A DNA stretch of 63,561 nt, filler included, from Reclinomonas americana ATCC 50394 (taxonomy: Eukaryota), in NCBI GenBank assembly GCA_048213135.1. It is 25 parts of 25 records of this genome, joined end to end, with 100 filler letters (N's around TTAATTAATTAA, not from the genome) between each part and the next. Parts side by side here need not be neighbours in the genome. Positions count along the whole stretch, not along the records: positions 11,637 to 13,856 come from AFZH01024297.1; positions 13,957 to 16,692 come from AFZH01024298.1; positions 16,793 to 19,645 come from AFZH01024299.1; positions 19,746 to 21,399 come from AFZH01024300.1; positions 21,500 to 24,133 come from AFZH01024301.1; 20 more parts are not named here. One strand, given 5' to 3'. Made by a program: the position numbers and the translations under genes. Below, one piece after another: positions 11,702-24,233 of the stretch (position 1 is its first letter; each line of letters begins with the position of its first letter). The notes below the pieces were generated by a model, which was not told the DNA's origin, did not search any database, and worked only from the letters and a program-made list of their open reading frames with translations.

Positions 11702-13371
11702 CCGACGCTGTTCGAGCCCCACTCAAGCAACTGCGAGTCGACACTTACAATGTGAGAGCATCAGAGGTGTTGGCATGCGAGACAACTGTGTCTCACGCTG
11801 CATCTGTTCGCAGTTCGCTGCTTCCTGCTACTTGAAGCTCGCAGATGCAAAGCAGGGCGAGGCGTATGCTCAACGAAGCTTGGAGCTGGAGCCAGAGAAC
11901 GTCGGGGCTCTCACGCACTTGGCCGAGGCTGCAGTTGCGGCGGGAGAGTGGCGCAAGGCCAGTGAGTTTGTGCAGCGAGTTCGCGCACAGGAAGGACAGG
12001 CGAATGCACTGTCTGCGTTGCGTTTTCTTTGCGCGCAGTGTCGCAAGCTGCCTGCATGCTGATCTTGTTGTGGCACACAGAATGCACGATCTTGTTGTCC
12101 ATCACTTGCAGGAGGCGGCCGCTGCGGAGGATGCAAGACTTGCCGGTACTGTTGCCTTGCTTGCTCGTCGTATTCTTGAGTGTGTCGACTCAGCAGTCTC
12201 ACTGCCTGCAGACGTCGCCCGGTCGCTTTGGGGCATTCCATCTCTGCATGCCGATGGAGCCACAGCCGAGGAGATGGCCGCCTATGTGGAGGAGCGAAAG
12301 AAGCTGGACCGAACACGTTGCGTATAACTTGCATGGTGCATGCAGCTGACCCCCCTGTGTGTTCATCTTTGCTCGACAGCGGTGAAGTGCGAACGACAAA
12401 TGATCCTTGATTTTGAGGGCGAGTGCAACTCTGACGAGGAAGAGTACGAAGAGATGGAGGGAGAGGGTGATGTCAGTCCTCGCGCGAAAGCGCAGGCTCG
12501 GAAGAGAGCGCGTGCTCAGAAGCGAGCACGTGCTTTTGACCAGGATTACTTCTTCTGGACTCGTTCGGTGCGGTCAGAGCTTCGGCGTCTCTTCACAGAG
12601 TTCGACAGTGTCTGTTGCGTACCCGTCGGAAGCAAGTTACCACTTTGGTGTCATCCACTCTTCATCCTTTGGTGCACAGTCCCTGCCGAGCTCGTCGAGC
12701 CTGTCGTCGTGAGCGCGTACACTGTTGACTCTTTTGACTTGTTCAGCTGGGAGTTCTTTAGTGGTACGATTCGTACCGCCTCCATCACCACCCGACTGTA
12801 CTCGATCAACTCACCGCACTATGTCGACTTCCACAACGAATACCACGCGCGCCATCGGTCGTACGAACTGGAACGATCAATCGCCGGCACCGTCACCTTT
12901 TACGACAGTGCGCGCAACAAGGCGTTTGAAGCATGTATCTTCCGCGCTGGTTGCGAGCCCACTGCTAAGGAGCGCCGGCGCAGCAAGATGCCGCCGAACA
13001 TTCAGTTTGGCGTTGGCGAGGAGTTCTTGCAGCAGCTGCGGCAGCACCTGTTCGGGGACTCGATGACTACCCATCAGGTGCCACTGAAGCTCGTCGGCCG
13101 CATCTTGTGCGCAATGTTCAACACCAGCAGCGACGTGTTCGACGGCGAGATGGATTTCGTCTCCATGATGACTGGTGCCGTGGCAACGGACGACATGGCG
13201 GAACGCGATCGCTTGCGTCGGCTCTTTTACAAAAAGTACCTTACGTTCGAGAAAGTTCCGCGGACACGGAGCGTAGCTGGCGAGGATCCGTGGACCTGCA
13301 AGTTTAGCGAACCGCAGCCGTGCTACGAGGGAGATGTTGGAAGTGAGGAGGACGAAGAGGAGTTCAATTAA
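11702..13371 (+). CDS. TPR-like + unknown-domain protein, paralog 1 (5' partial, spliced)
   Basis: AASCYLKL...AQRSLELEPENVGALTHLAEA TPR-like pattern; intron positions conserved with paralogs 2 and 3; TAA stop. Confidence 0.75.
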
Positions 13372-13547
13372 AGTGCTACGGTGGAAGAAGATCCGAACGC
13401 ACACTGCCGATTGTTGTCACACAAGTGTGGTGAATGAAGTATTTTTTTGTTTGTTTTGACCGCAGCGCAGCACCTTTTTCCGCGGGAATTTGTAGCAAAC
13501 GCAAACCCCCTCATTTTTCCGATTGCGAACGCACTTGCACTCCTCAA

Positions 13548-13708
13548 ATGGCCTCGAGTTTGGAGGATCAGCTGCTCTCGCGTGAGCAGTGCACACAGGC
13601 TGGTCGTGAGCTCCTTCGCAGCGGCCAGTTCCGCGAAGCACTGAATGTGTTCCTCGAGAGTGCTGCAGTGCTCGAGACTGCCGATATCGATGCCTCTGCG
13701 ACTGCGGC

Positions 13709-13796
<88 letters not shown>

Positions 13797-13956
13797 ATAG
13801 AAGTAGAAGAAGTAGAGTAGAGAAGAGAGAGAGAGAGAGAGAGTACGTAGACAATANNNNNNNNNNNNNNNNNNNNNNNNNNNNNNNNNNNNNNNNNNNN
13901 TTAATTAATTAANNNNNNNNNNNNNNNNNNNNNNNNNNNNNNNNNNNNNNNNNNNN

Positions 13957-13993
<37 letters not shown>

Positions 13994-15862
13994 GGAGTGA
14001 GAAAGAGAGAGACAGAGAAACTGATCATGAAATGAGAAACTGAATGAGAAACTGAGAGAGAGAGAGAGAGCTTGACATACAACCATGCATTGACTCAGAA
14101 CTCTCTCTTTCTTTCTTTCTTTCTCTCTCTGGTCTATTACAGTCGACGATGTTCGTGCCCCACCCAAGCAGCTGCGAGTCGACACATACAACGTGAGTGC
14201 ATTCGGGGTTGACGAATTCGAACTGTGTGGCATGCGAAAGCCAACTGTGTTGTCTCTGTTGGCAGTTCGCTGCTTCCTGCTATTTCAAGCTCGCAGATGC
14301 AAAGCAGGGCGAGGCGTATGCTCAACGAAGCTTGGAGCTGGAGCCAGAGAACGTCGGGGCTCTCACGCACTTGGCGGAGGCTGCAGTTGCGGCGGGAGAC
14401 TGGCGCAAGGCCAGTGAGTTTGTGGAGCGGGTTCGCGCACAGGAGGGACAGGCGAATGCACTGTCTGCGTTGCGTTTTCTTTGCGCGCAGTGTCGCAAGC
14501 TGCCTGCATGCTGATCTTGTACATGTTGTGGGGGTGGCACACAGTATGCACGATCTTGTTGTCCATCACTTGCAGGAGGCGGCCGCTGCGGATTATGCAA
14601 GACTTGCCGGTACTGTTGCCTTGCTTGCTCGTCGTATTCTTGAGTGTGTCTACTCAGCAGTCTCGCTGCTTGCAGACGTCGCCCGGTCGCTGTGGGGCAT
14701 GCCATCTCTGCAGGCTGGCGGAGCCACAGCCGAGCAGGTGGCCGCCTATGTGGAGGAGCGAAAGAAGCTGGACCGGACACGTTGCGCAGCTCACATCCTT
14801 CTTGAGTACTACATGCAGCTGACCCCCTGCTTTTGCATGTTGCTCGACAGCGGTGAAGGGCAACCGAGAAATGATCGATATGTTTACGGCCGAATTCGGC
14901 TTTGACGAGAAGGACGACGAAGATATGGAGGGAGAGGGCGATGTCAGTCCTCGCGCGAAAGCGCAGGCTCGGAAGAGAGCGCGTGCTCAGAAGCGAGCAC
15001 GTGCTTTTGACCAGAATCACTTCTGCTGGACTCGTTCGGTGCGGTCAGAGCTTCGGCCTGTCGTCGCAGGGTTCGATAGACTCTGTTGCGTGTCCGTTTG
15101 AAGCAGGTTGCCGTGTTGCAAACGAAAGTATTCATCCTTTGGTGCACATGTACAGTCCCCGCCGAGCTCGTCGAGCCTGTCGTCAGGAGCGCGTACACCG
15201 TTGACTCTTTTGACGTGAGCAACTGGGAGGTTGGCGGTGGTGCGCTTCGTACCGCCTCCATCACCACCCGACTGTATTCGATCAATTCACCGCGCTTTGT
15301 CGACTTCCACAACGACTACCACGCGCGCCATCGGTTTTACGAACTGGAACGATCAATCGCCGGCACCGTCACCTTTTACGACAGTGCGCGAAACAAGGCG
15401 TTTGAAGCATGTATCTTCCGCGCTGGTAGCGAGCCCACCGATAAGGTGCGCCGGCGCAGAAAGATGCCGCCGAACATCGAGTTTGGCGTTGGCGAGGAGT
15501 TCCTGCAGCGGCTGCGCCAGCACCTGTTCGGGGACTCGGTGACGGCTGAACAGCTTCCGCTGTATGTCGTCGGCCACATCGTGTGCACCATGTTCAACAC
15601 CAGCAGCCACGTATTCGGCGGCGAGATGGATTTCGTCTACCTGATGACTGGAGCCGTGGCAGCGGAAGACATGGCGGGGCGCGATAGCATGCGTCGGCTC
15701 TTTTACAAACGGTACCTTCCGTACGAAAAAATTCCGCGGAAACGGAGCGTAGCCGGCGAGGATCCGTGGACCTGCAAGTTTAGCGAACTGCAGCCGTGCT
15801 ACGAGGGGTTTCCGGACTGGTATGGAAGTGAGGAGGATGAGGATGAAATATATTATTGGTAA
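13548..15862 (+). CDS. TPR-like + unknown-domain protein, paralog 2 (spliced; intron 1 contains a (GA)n tract and a gap)
   Basis: Exon 1 13548-13710 MASSLEDQ...LRSGQFREAL, a phase-1 join to about 14143, downstream exons homologous to paralog 1. Confidence 0.75.
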
Positions 15863-16395
15863 AAGTGAACCTTTCCTTTCTTCCACAGTCAACCTCCCAG
15901 ACAGCGCGCAACAAAACTCCGTGGTATTGTGCTGCCGGTTTTTGCGGATCCAGAGTTCCTCCCTGTATCTCATCGTCGTCTGTCTCCTGCCCACATGCAC
16001 AACACGAAACCCATTTCTTTTCGATGCTTGCTGCGACGTCGACGTCGGACCAATTGGCTGGCCTTTCCCTGCCGCTTTTGCACCTGATAGGCACTAAAAC
16101 TCTCACAGACCGACAGTATGGCATGCGCAAGCAGAGCACTTCGATGCCGTCTCTCTATCCCAGTCTACAATGCAAATGTCGACGTCGCGATCGCGACGTT
16201 GCAAATTGCTGTCTGTACAGCAGCTAAGGTTTCGAACATGAATGGACCTGCTCAACTATGGCAGATGTCGCTCGTTTGTGAGCGCATCCGTTGTCGAATC
16301 CACACCGCATATCGCGCGCGGAGAATCTCTTGCAAACCCTCTCTTGTCTTTTTTTCCGAACGCACGCATTCACACTCTCACTCACCTCGTATCGA

Positions 16396-16641
16396 ATGGC
16401 CTCGCGTGTGAAAGATCGTGATCACCTTCGCAGCGGCCAGTTCCGCGAAGCACTGCATGAGTTCCTCGAGCGTGTTGATGTGCTCGAGGATGCCGATGAC
16501 TCTGGTGAGAGAGGAGAGAGAGAGAGGGAGAGGGAAAGGATAGAGAGAGAGAGAGAGGAGGGAGGGGAGAGAGAGAGAGAGAGGAGAGGAGGAGGAGGAG
16601 GAGGAGGGAGGAGGAGAGAGACGAGACGAGAGAGAGTAGAG

Positions 16642-16675
<34 letters not shown>

Positions 16676-16858
16676 CGACACCTACCTCCTCCNNNNNNNN
16701 NNNNNNNNNNNNNNNNNNNNNNNNNNNNNNNNNNNNTTAATTAATTAANNNNNNNNNNNNNNNNNNNNNNNNNNNNNNNNNNNNNNNNNNNNACGGTAAC
16801 GTAAGGTAAGAACGTACGAACCGTACGACGTACGACGTACGTACGTAACGACACGACG

Positions 16859-16898
<40 letters not shown>

Positions 16899-16929
16899 AC
16901 TACACTCCACTCGCACTCACTCGCTCACA

Positions 16930-16980
<51 letters not shown>

Positions 16981-18699
16981 CAGCCGACGCTGTTCGAGCC
17001 CCACTCAACCAACTGCGAGTCGACACTTACAATGTGAGAGCATCAGAGGTGATGGCATGCGAGACAACTGTGTCTCACGCTGCATGTTGTCTCTGTTGGC
17101 AGTTCGCTGCTTCCTGCTACTTGAAGCTCGCGGATGCAAAGCAGGGCGAGGCGTATGCTCAACGGAGCTTGGAGCTGGAGCCAGAGAACGTCGGGGCTCT
17201 CACGCACTTGGCAGAGGCTGCAGTTGCGGCGGGAGAGTGGCGCAAGGCCAGTGAGTTTGTGCGGCGGGTTCGCACACAGGAGGGACAGGCGAATGCGCTG
17301 TCTGCGTTGCGTTTTTATGTGAACAGTGCTGCTTGCTGCCCGCATGCTGATCTTGTTGTGGGGGTGGCACACAGTATGCACGATCTTGTTGCCCATCACA
17401 TGCAAGAGGCGGCCGCTGCGGAGAATTCAAGCCTTGCAGGTACTGTTGCCTTGCGTGTTTGTCGTTTGCTGTCGGTGCTATGCTGCTTGAAGGTGTCGAC
17501 TCAGCAGTCTCGCTATCTGCAGATGTAGCCCGATCGCTGTGGGGCATGCCATCTCTGCAGGCTGGCGGAGCCACAGCCGAGCAGGTGGCCGCCTATGTGG
17601 AGGAGCGAAAGAAGCTGGACCGAACACGTTGCGTAGCCCGCATCCTTCTTGCGTGCTGCATGCAGCTGACCCCCCCTGTGTGTGTGTGCATCTTGCTCGA
17701 CAGCGGTGGAGTGCGAGCGAGAGATGATCGGTATGTTTACGGCCGAATTTGGCTTTGACGAGAAGGACGACGAAGAGATGGAGGGAGAGGGCGTTGTCAG
17801 TCCTCGCGCGAAAGCGCAGGCTCAGAAGAGAGCGCTTGCTCAGAAGCGAGCACAAGCCTTTGACCAAAATCACTTTTTCTGGACACGTTCGGTGCGGTCG
17901 AAGCTTCGGCTTCTCTGCGCTGGGTTCGACAGTGTCTGTTGCGTACCCATCGGCAGCAAGTTACCACGTTGAGTGTCATTCACTCTTCATCCTTTGGTGC
18001 ACAGTCCCTGCCGAGCTCGTCGAGCCTGTCGTCAGGAGCGCGTACACCGTTGACACCTTTGACGTGGGCTGGGAGATTGGCGGTGGTGCGATTCGTAATG
18101 CCTCCATCACCACGCGACTGTACGCGATCAACTCACCGCACTATGCCGACTTCAACCTCGATTTCTACTCGCGTTACCGGTCGTACGAACTGGAACGATC
18201 GATCGCCGGCACCGTCACCTTTTACGACAGTCCGGGCAAGAAGTCGAGTGAAGGATGCATCTTCTACGCTGGAGAGGAGCCCACTGATGAGGTGCGCCGG
18301 CGCAGAAAGATGCCGCCGAACATTCAGTTTGGTGTTGGCGAGGAGTTCTTGCAAGAGCTGCGGCAGCACCTGTTCGGGGACTTGGTGACGGCCGAACAGC
18401 TGCCGCTGAATCTCGTCGGTCTCATCTTTTGCGCCATGTTCAACACCAACAGCGATGTGTTCGGTGGCGAGCTGGATTTTGTCTCCATGATGACTGGTGC
18501 CGTGGCAACGGACGACATGGCGGAACGCGATCGCTTGCGTCGGCTCTTTTACAAAAAGTACCTTCCGTTCGAGAAGGTTCCGCGGAAGCGGAGCGTTGCT
18601 GGCGAGGATCCGTGGACCTGCAAATTTAGCGAACTGCAGCCGTGCTACGAGGGGTTTCCGGACTGGTATGGAAGTGAGGAGGATGAGGATGACTTGTGA
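16396..18699 (+). CDS. TPR-like + unknown-domain protein, paralog 3 (spliced)
   Basis: Exon 1 MASRVKDRDHLRSGQFREAL; same exon structure; TGA stop at 18697-18699. Confidence 0.75.
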
Positions 18700-19198
18700 G
18701 GGAGAAAAGTGAAACACGCCCCTTCTTTGAACCTGCCACCTGCTGCTTCTCACACTTCCTGACAGCACACAGCCGTTTCGCGGAGCCGGAATTCTTCCCT
18801 TTATCTCATCGTCGTCTGTCTCCTCCCCACAAGCACAACACGAAAACCCTTCCTTTACTATCCATGATATCGACGTCGACGTCGGACGTCTTTCTTGCCA
18901 TTCCCTGCCGCTCTCTGCACACGATTGGCACCGAGTATCCTGTAGACCAACGGCGATAGGCTGGCACGACACAGAACACTTCCACTCCGTCTCAATCAAT
19001 GTCGAGGTCCTGCATCCCGTTTCTCTCGTCATCTGATTGTTCTCTTGTGACGCAGAATAGTGCGCTGAGTAGGGCATAGAAGATACTACAAGACGGCTTA
19101 TTCACAATCGTGAGGAAACACTCACGGCCACACAAGCATGAACGTCGACATGCACAGGACACAGTCTTGGTCAGTCTCTCTCAAACATCATATCAATC

Positions 19199-19856
19199 AT
19201 GCAGCGGAGAGTGGGCGTTCTCGCGGCACACCTCTCGCCTTCCTCCTCTTCCTCGTCAACCACAACGACGACGACAAGAACAGCCACAACGGCGGAAGCA
19301 TGCGCGAATCTGACTGTTCCCGCCGAAACCGCACCACAAGTGCCTCCGTTGCCGCCTTCACTCGCCAAGAGACCACGTGATGATGTGCGAGAGGTCAGTG
19401 TGCATGCTCCCTCACTCTCTCACGCACAGAGAGAGTGCGAGAGATGTGAGAGGACACAGCGACTCACCTGTGTCTTCTCACTCACACTCTCTCTCTCTCG
19501 TTGCATGTACACACTGTTGCTCTCCCTCTCTCTCTCTCTCTCTCTTCCTCTCCGTGTACCTCGTTACCCGACTACTTCCCGCGTTTCGGGACCGTACAGA
19601 CAGGAGAGAGGAGAGAGGAGGGGTAGGGGAAGGAGAGAGAGAGGTNNNNNNNNNNNNNNNNNNNNNNNNNNNNNNNNNNNNNNNNNNNNTTAATTAATTA
19701 ANNNNNNNNNNNNNNNNNNNNNNNNNNNNNNNNNNNNNNNNNNNNACGGACCGTACCTACCCTACCGTCGGTTCGTTCCTTCCTCCTACCTACCACCTAC
19801 CTCCTTCTCCTTCTCTTCCTTCGTTCGTCTAGTACGTACACTACTGTCGTCTCCTC

Positions 19857-19901
<45 letters not shown>

Positions 19902-20585
19902 GTCGCCCTCTCTTCACCAACTTGCAACAAACGTTTTGCTCCTTTTCTCCTCGCGCGCGTGTCGTTGATGTGAATCTGCACATGTCGTGTCACTCACTTT
20001 TTTCCCCCTCCCTCTTTGTGACAATCAGTACGTGTGGATCGAGCTGCGTGAGAACTACCTCGAGGAGACCGTCAAGTACTTTTACGAAAACTTCCTCGTG
20101 CCGCTCTTCCCGCTTGACGACGAAGTTTCGTGTTCGAACCGCCCAGCACGCGAGAGAAACTGCATGTGTTTGCGGCGGTATGTCACTCATGGCCGATACA
20201 GCGTGATCCGCTCGATGTGTGGACGTATGGAGTCGGCACCAAGGCGTCCAAGTTGCCGGAAATGTACCCGCTCGGTTTCATTCTGTTGTGCTTTGAGAAG
20301 CCGCCAGAGGAGACCGGCAACTCGAGTTATGCGCCGCGGCATGAGCACATTGTGGGAGGGTCGTGTTTCGAGGTGAGGAAGGGGTGGAAGGTTGTGTGTG
20401 TGTATGGAAGAGAACATGCCATACTCACGCGATTTCTGCGCAGTTGTATCGGTCGGTTCCGTGTGCGCTGTTGAGTTACTTTGGCGTGCATCCGGAGCGC
20501 CGTGGGACGAGCATCGGGTCGCAGCTGGTGCAGCGGTCGCATGAGATTTGCAATAGGGTGTCGAGGGAGGCGCTTGGGGCCACTG
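19199..20585 (+). CDS. GNAT-family N-acetyltransferase with an N-terminal PTS2-like signal (spliced, 3' partial, spans a gap)
   Basis: Exon 1 19199-19393 joins in phase 0 to 20029; acetyl-CoA motif A FGVHPERRGTSIGSQLV; RVGVLAAHL at residues 4-12. Confidence 0.7.
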
Positions 20586-21499
20586 GTGAGTTGGGTGGGA
20601 GGAGAGGTGAAGGGAGGAGGAGGGGAAGGGTGGGGAAGGGAGGGGAGGGGAAGGAAGGGGGAGGGAAGCGAAGGGCAGGGAACGAGAAGGCGATAGCATT
20701 GGCATAAAGGATTTGAAGGAGGCCAAGCAGAAAGAGAAAGAAGCAACTGAGAGGGCAAAGCAAGGTGTTCGAGGAGGTGAACTGTTCACTGCGTGCAAGT
20801 CGAACACGAAAGCGTGGAAGCAGGAGAAGGAGCTGGAAAGGGAAGAGAGAGGGGGCGAGAGGGATGGACGGAGGGAAGGAGGGAGAGGACAGAGGGGAGG
20901 GAGAGAGAGATAGACAGGGAAAGAAAGCGAAGAGATGGAGCAAAGACGGGGAGCATGGTGTGGAGAATGGCACAGGAAGGAATGAGCAGTGATTAAAGGA
21001 GGATGAAAAGGAAGATGGAATGCAATCACTACAGCAGGATGGATTACAAGAAGGAGACGAAGAGGGCGGTGGAAATGAAGGGAAAAACGTAGAAGATGGC
21101 GATAGCGATATGAAGAACACCAAAACAAGAACAAGAAAGAAGCAGGAGGAACAGCGAGGAGGGAGACAGTAGAAAGATGGAAGTTGTTTCGACGCTCTCG
21201 CAACGTACTCTCCATTGCGTTCGTGTACTCTGCTCGCTTCCTCTCTCTGGTATCCGTCTGTCTCCGATGCTGGCACAGTTGACTCGTCGTGTTTGTATCC
21301 CCACTTTCTTCTCACTATCTTCCTTTCTTTCTCCTTGCCCTTGCTCGTCACCCTCTCGTTGCTTCTCCGCCTCTTACCCATCGTCTTCCCCCCATCTCTN
21401 NNNNNNNNNNNNNNNNNNNNNNNNNNNNNNNNNNNNNNNNNNNTTAATTAATTAANNNNNNNNNNNNNNNNNNNNNNNNNNNNNNNNNNNNNNNNNNNN

Positions 21500-22550
21500 A
21501 TCCACGGACCTGCCTCGATGGGCAGAGCAGTGGAAGCGGCAAGCGTCTTGTGGTACTCGCCGCCGATAATCATGTCAGAGACAGTGGAGGAGCCAATCGT
21601 GCCGCTGACAGTGACCTCGAACTGCACGCCAATGGTGGCCTCCACAATGGTGCCGCTGCCGGGGTCAATGCTCATGCGCAACTGGCGAGACAATCGCGAG
21701 CTGGTGACGTGAGCCAGCGGCGGCAGAAACGTGGTACCAAGGGCAGCATCAGTGAGCCACCCAGATGCGTACGCGACACTGGTGCCGGAGACAGCGGCGC
21801 CGTCGCTGCAGTGCTCCAACACCCACGACAAGTCGCGCAGGTCGTCGCCACTAAATCCATCTACCGGAGGCGCCATAGGGCTGCCTCCTGTGTTTCGCGT
21901 ATACCGCACGTGAGAAAACGTGAATAGATGGAAGCGCATGACACAAAGTGGCACACGTAACCAGCAAGGTTGAGGAGAGTGGAGCAAAATGGCGATGCCG
22001 CTGCGGCGTCCAACGATGAGGACCGCAATGGCTCCGGCGACGATTGCTGATCATGACGTACGTACTCGGCTTCTGCGCCAGTGCACACAACACGTAAGTC
22101 ATCGGAGACACGGACGACAATTTTGCCATCGCCGTGTGGCGCGGGTGTCCACAAACCTGTGCGCGGAGCCACAGAAGCGCGTCTTGCCTGCACATTGTGC
22201 GACGCACTCGTGAGTGCGGGAGGCCGACATTCACAAGAACAGTAATTAACTGAAGCAAGTTTGCCTCACCGCTCCATCCACATAAACGGGCGCTGCGTGA
22301 GCAGTCACGAACTCCACACCGGCTCCTTCCTCCTTCTGGCAAAGGCACGAGAGTGTCAACATACGTTGCAGCACATCAACCGCAAACACACGTGCGCACC
22401 ACGTTTTCCGTGGTGGCCATCACAACGGCAACGAGGCCCATCCAGATCACCAGCAACGTCAGAATGGCTGCCGAGGGCAGGGCGGGGGCGCGCCATCTCC
22501 GCCGCCGGCGTCCACAGCCACCACCAACTGCCGGGCAGTTGCCGCCAACT
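21500..22550 (-). CDS. Eukaryotic spliced protein with an N-terminal hydrophobic segment, function unknown (partial)
   Basis: Exons splice in frame: AILTLLVIWMGLVAVVMATTENV|KEEGAGVEFVTAHAAPVYVDGA|ARRASVAPRTG... Confidence 0.5.
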
Positions 22551-24233
22551 GCTGTGAGTGAGCGAGACGAAGAGAAGGAATGATGAGGAGCGGTGCAACA
22601 AGCGCGCGAGGCATGCCGCGCGACCACACTTCGCTCACCTCCATGTGCACACCGATTCACGGCATCGGACAAGAACATGTGGCTTGTGCGTGCAGCAAAG
22701 CCAGGCGACGGCCACCTGTGGCTGAACAGTATACAAAGGCGAGGGAGACGCACAAGTGAGTGGGTGACTGGATGAAACGACACGGGGTTGAGTGGTAATT
22801 GCTCACCAGATAAGAATTTTGCAGGAACGAAATCCGGCGTCCCCCACTGCAGCACAAACACGCCAAATTCGACTACTCGCGCGCATGCACACTGGCCGCA
22901 ACTGCAACAAACTCCCCGCAACTCGAAGAGCAGCAACATACGACTGCAATACGCGAACACGACCAGTCAATACATGCACCGCGTGTACACGTTCACAAGT
23001 GGTGATCGTTCAGTTGGTCACCATTATTGGCGTAACGTTCGCTGCCGTATGCACTGGTTGCATCCTTGCGGGATCTCTCACCCTCACGTGGTACGGAGGC
23101 TGAACCAGTGCGAGACAGAAGGGATTTCAGAAACCGGCAACACGGCAGCACAGACGACATAAGAAATTCTGTCTCGGACAACCCGGCACAAAAAGGAGAT
23201 GCTACGCTTGAACAACGTTGGCCCCAGCACCAGCACTGTCTCCGCGACGCTGCCGACATCAACATCGATCCATGTCCATGTCATTGAAACGAGGGAGCAC
23301 AGTAGCACCTCAACTGCCGAGAGGAACACAAGCAACTGATGCTTCCACAGACTACTCTCCGTTCACAGCGCTGGCCAGCATGCCTGCAAGATAGTACAGC
23401 GGCCAGCAACCAGTAATGCAACCCGCATCAGGTTCGCTGAGCGGAGACAACCCAGACGCGTGACCAGGATATCCCTAATGATTGTGAGGCGTGCGCCCAC
23501 TGACAGTCTCAACAGCAGCAACGGGCATCGCCGAATGGCAGCAGGGTCACATCCATCACAGACTCTCTCGAACACCGGCCCAGTGGTGACCACACAGAGA
23601 CTGGTCCACAACAGGTTCTGCATGCTGAGTCAGGTGCCACAGCAAGCTAATGCTCCACCTCCACCTTGTGCATGCAAGAGAGCAACACAGTGACAGGTAC
23701 GTGGTGCAGTGCGCCGTCTGCGGGGGGGGCCACCACAGATCCACGATGCGCAAAACGCAGCATGTTGCATTGTGTGATGATCCGAATCATGACTCGATGT
23801 AAGGCTCAGCACCTTGTGTGCTGATGGCGGTCGCTCACCAATGGACTCGCTCGAGTGCGGGGCTGCAGAGAGACAGCCTTGTCTACATGTGCGCACAGCA
23901 CAGGATGACATCGGAACAACACAACACACTCTCTCTCACTTCATCCTGCACACGCATACACACTCTCTCACTTCATCATGCACCAAGCATACACACACAC
24001 ACGCACGCACGCACACGAAGTTGAGATCGACGATGATCCGTCGGATGAATCTGTGCGCCTCTTTACTTCTCTTTTTATTTCCCCTCCACAATGGCGACCA
24101 AGGTGTGCAGCGTGTGATCGCGTTCTCTTTCCTNNNNNNNNNNNNNNNNNNNNNNNNNNNNNNNNNNNNNNNNNNNNTTAATTAATTAANNNNNNNNNNN
24201 NNNNNNNNNNNNNNNNNNNNNNNNNNNNNNNNN

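Noticed and set aside
15085..15155. Premature TGA and frameshift in TPR paralog 2 (and similar in paralog 3)
   Set aside because: It lies within a conserved GTTGCG...CAG intron; the spliced frame is intact, so it is not a pseudogene.
16793..16870. ACGT-rich periodic sequence at contig starts (also near 19746 and 50910)
   Set aside because: It resembles low-quality pyrosequencing read-end noise.
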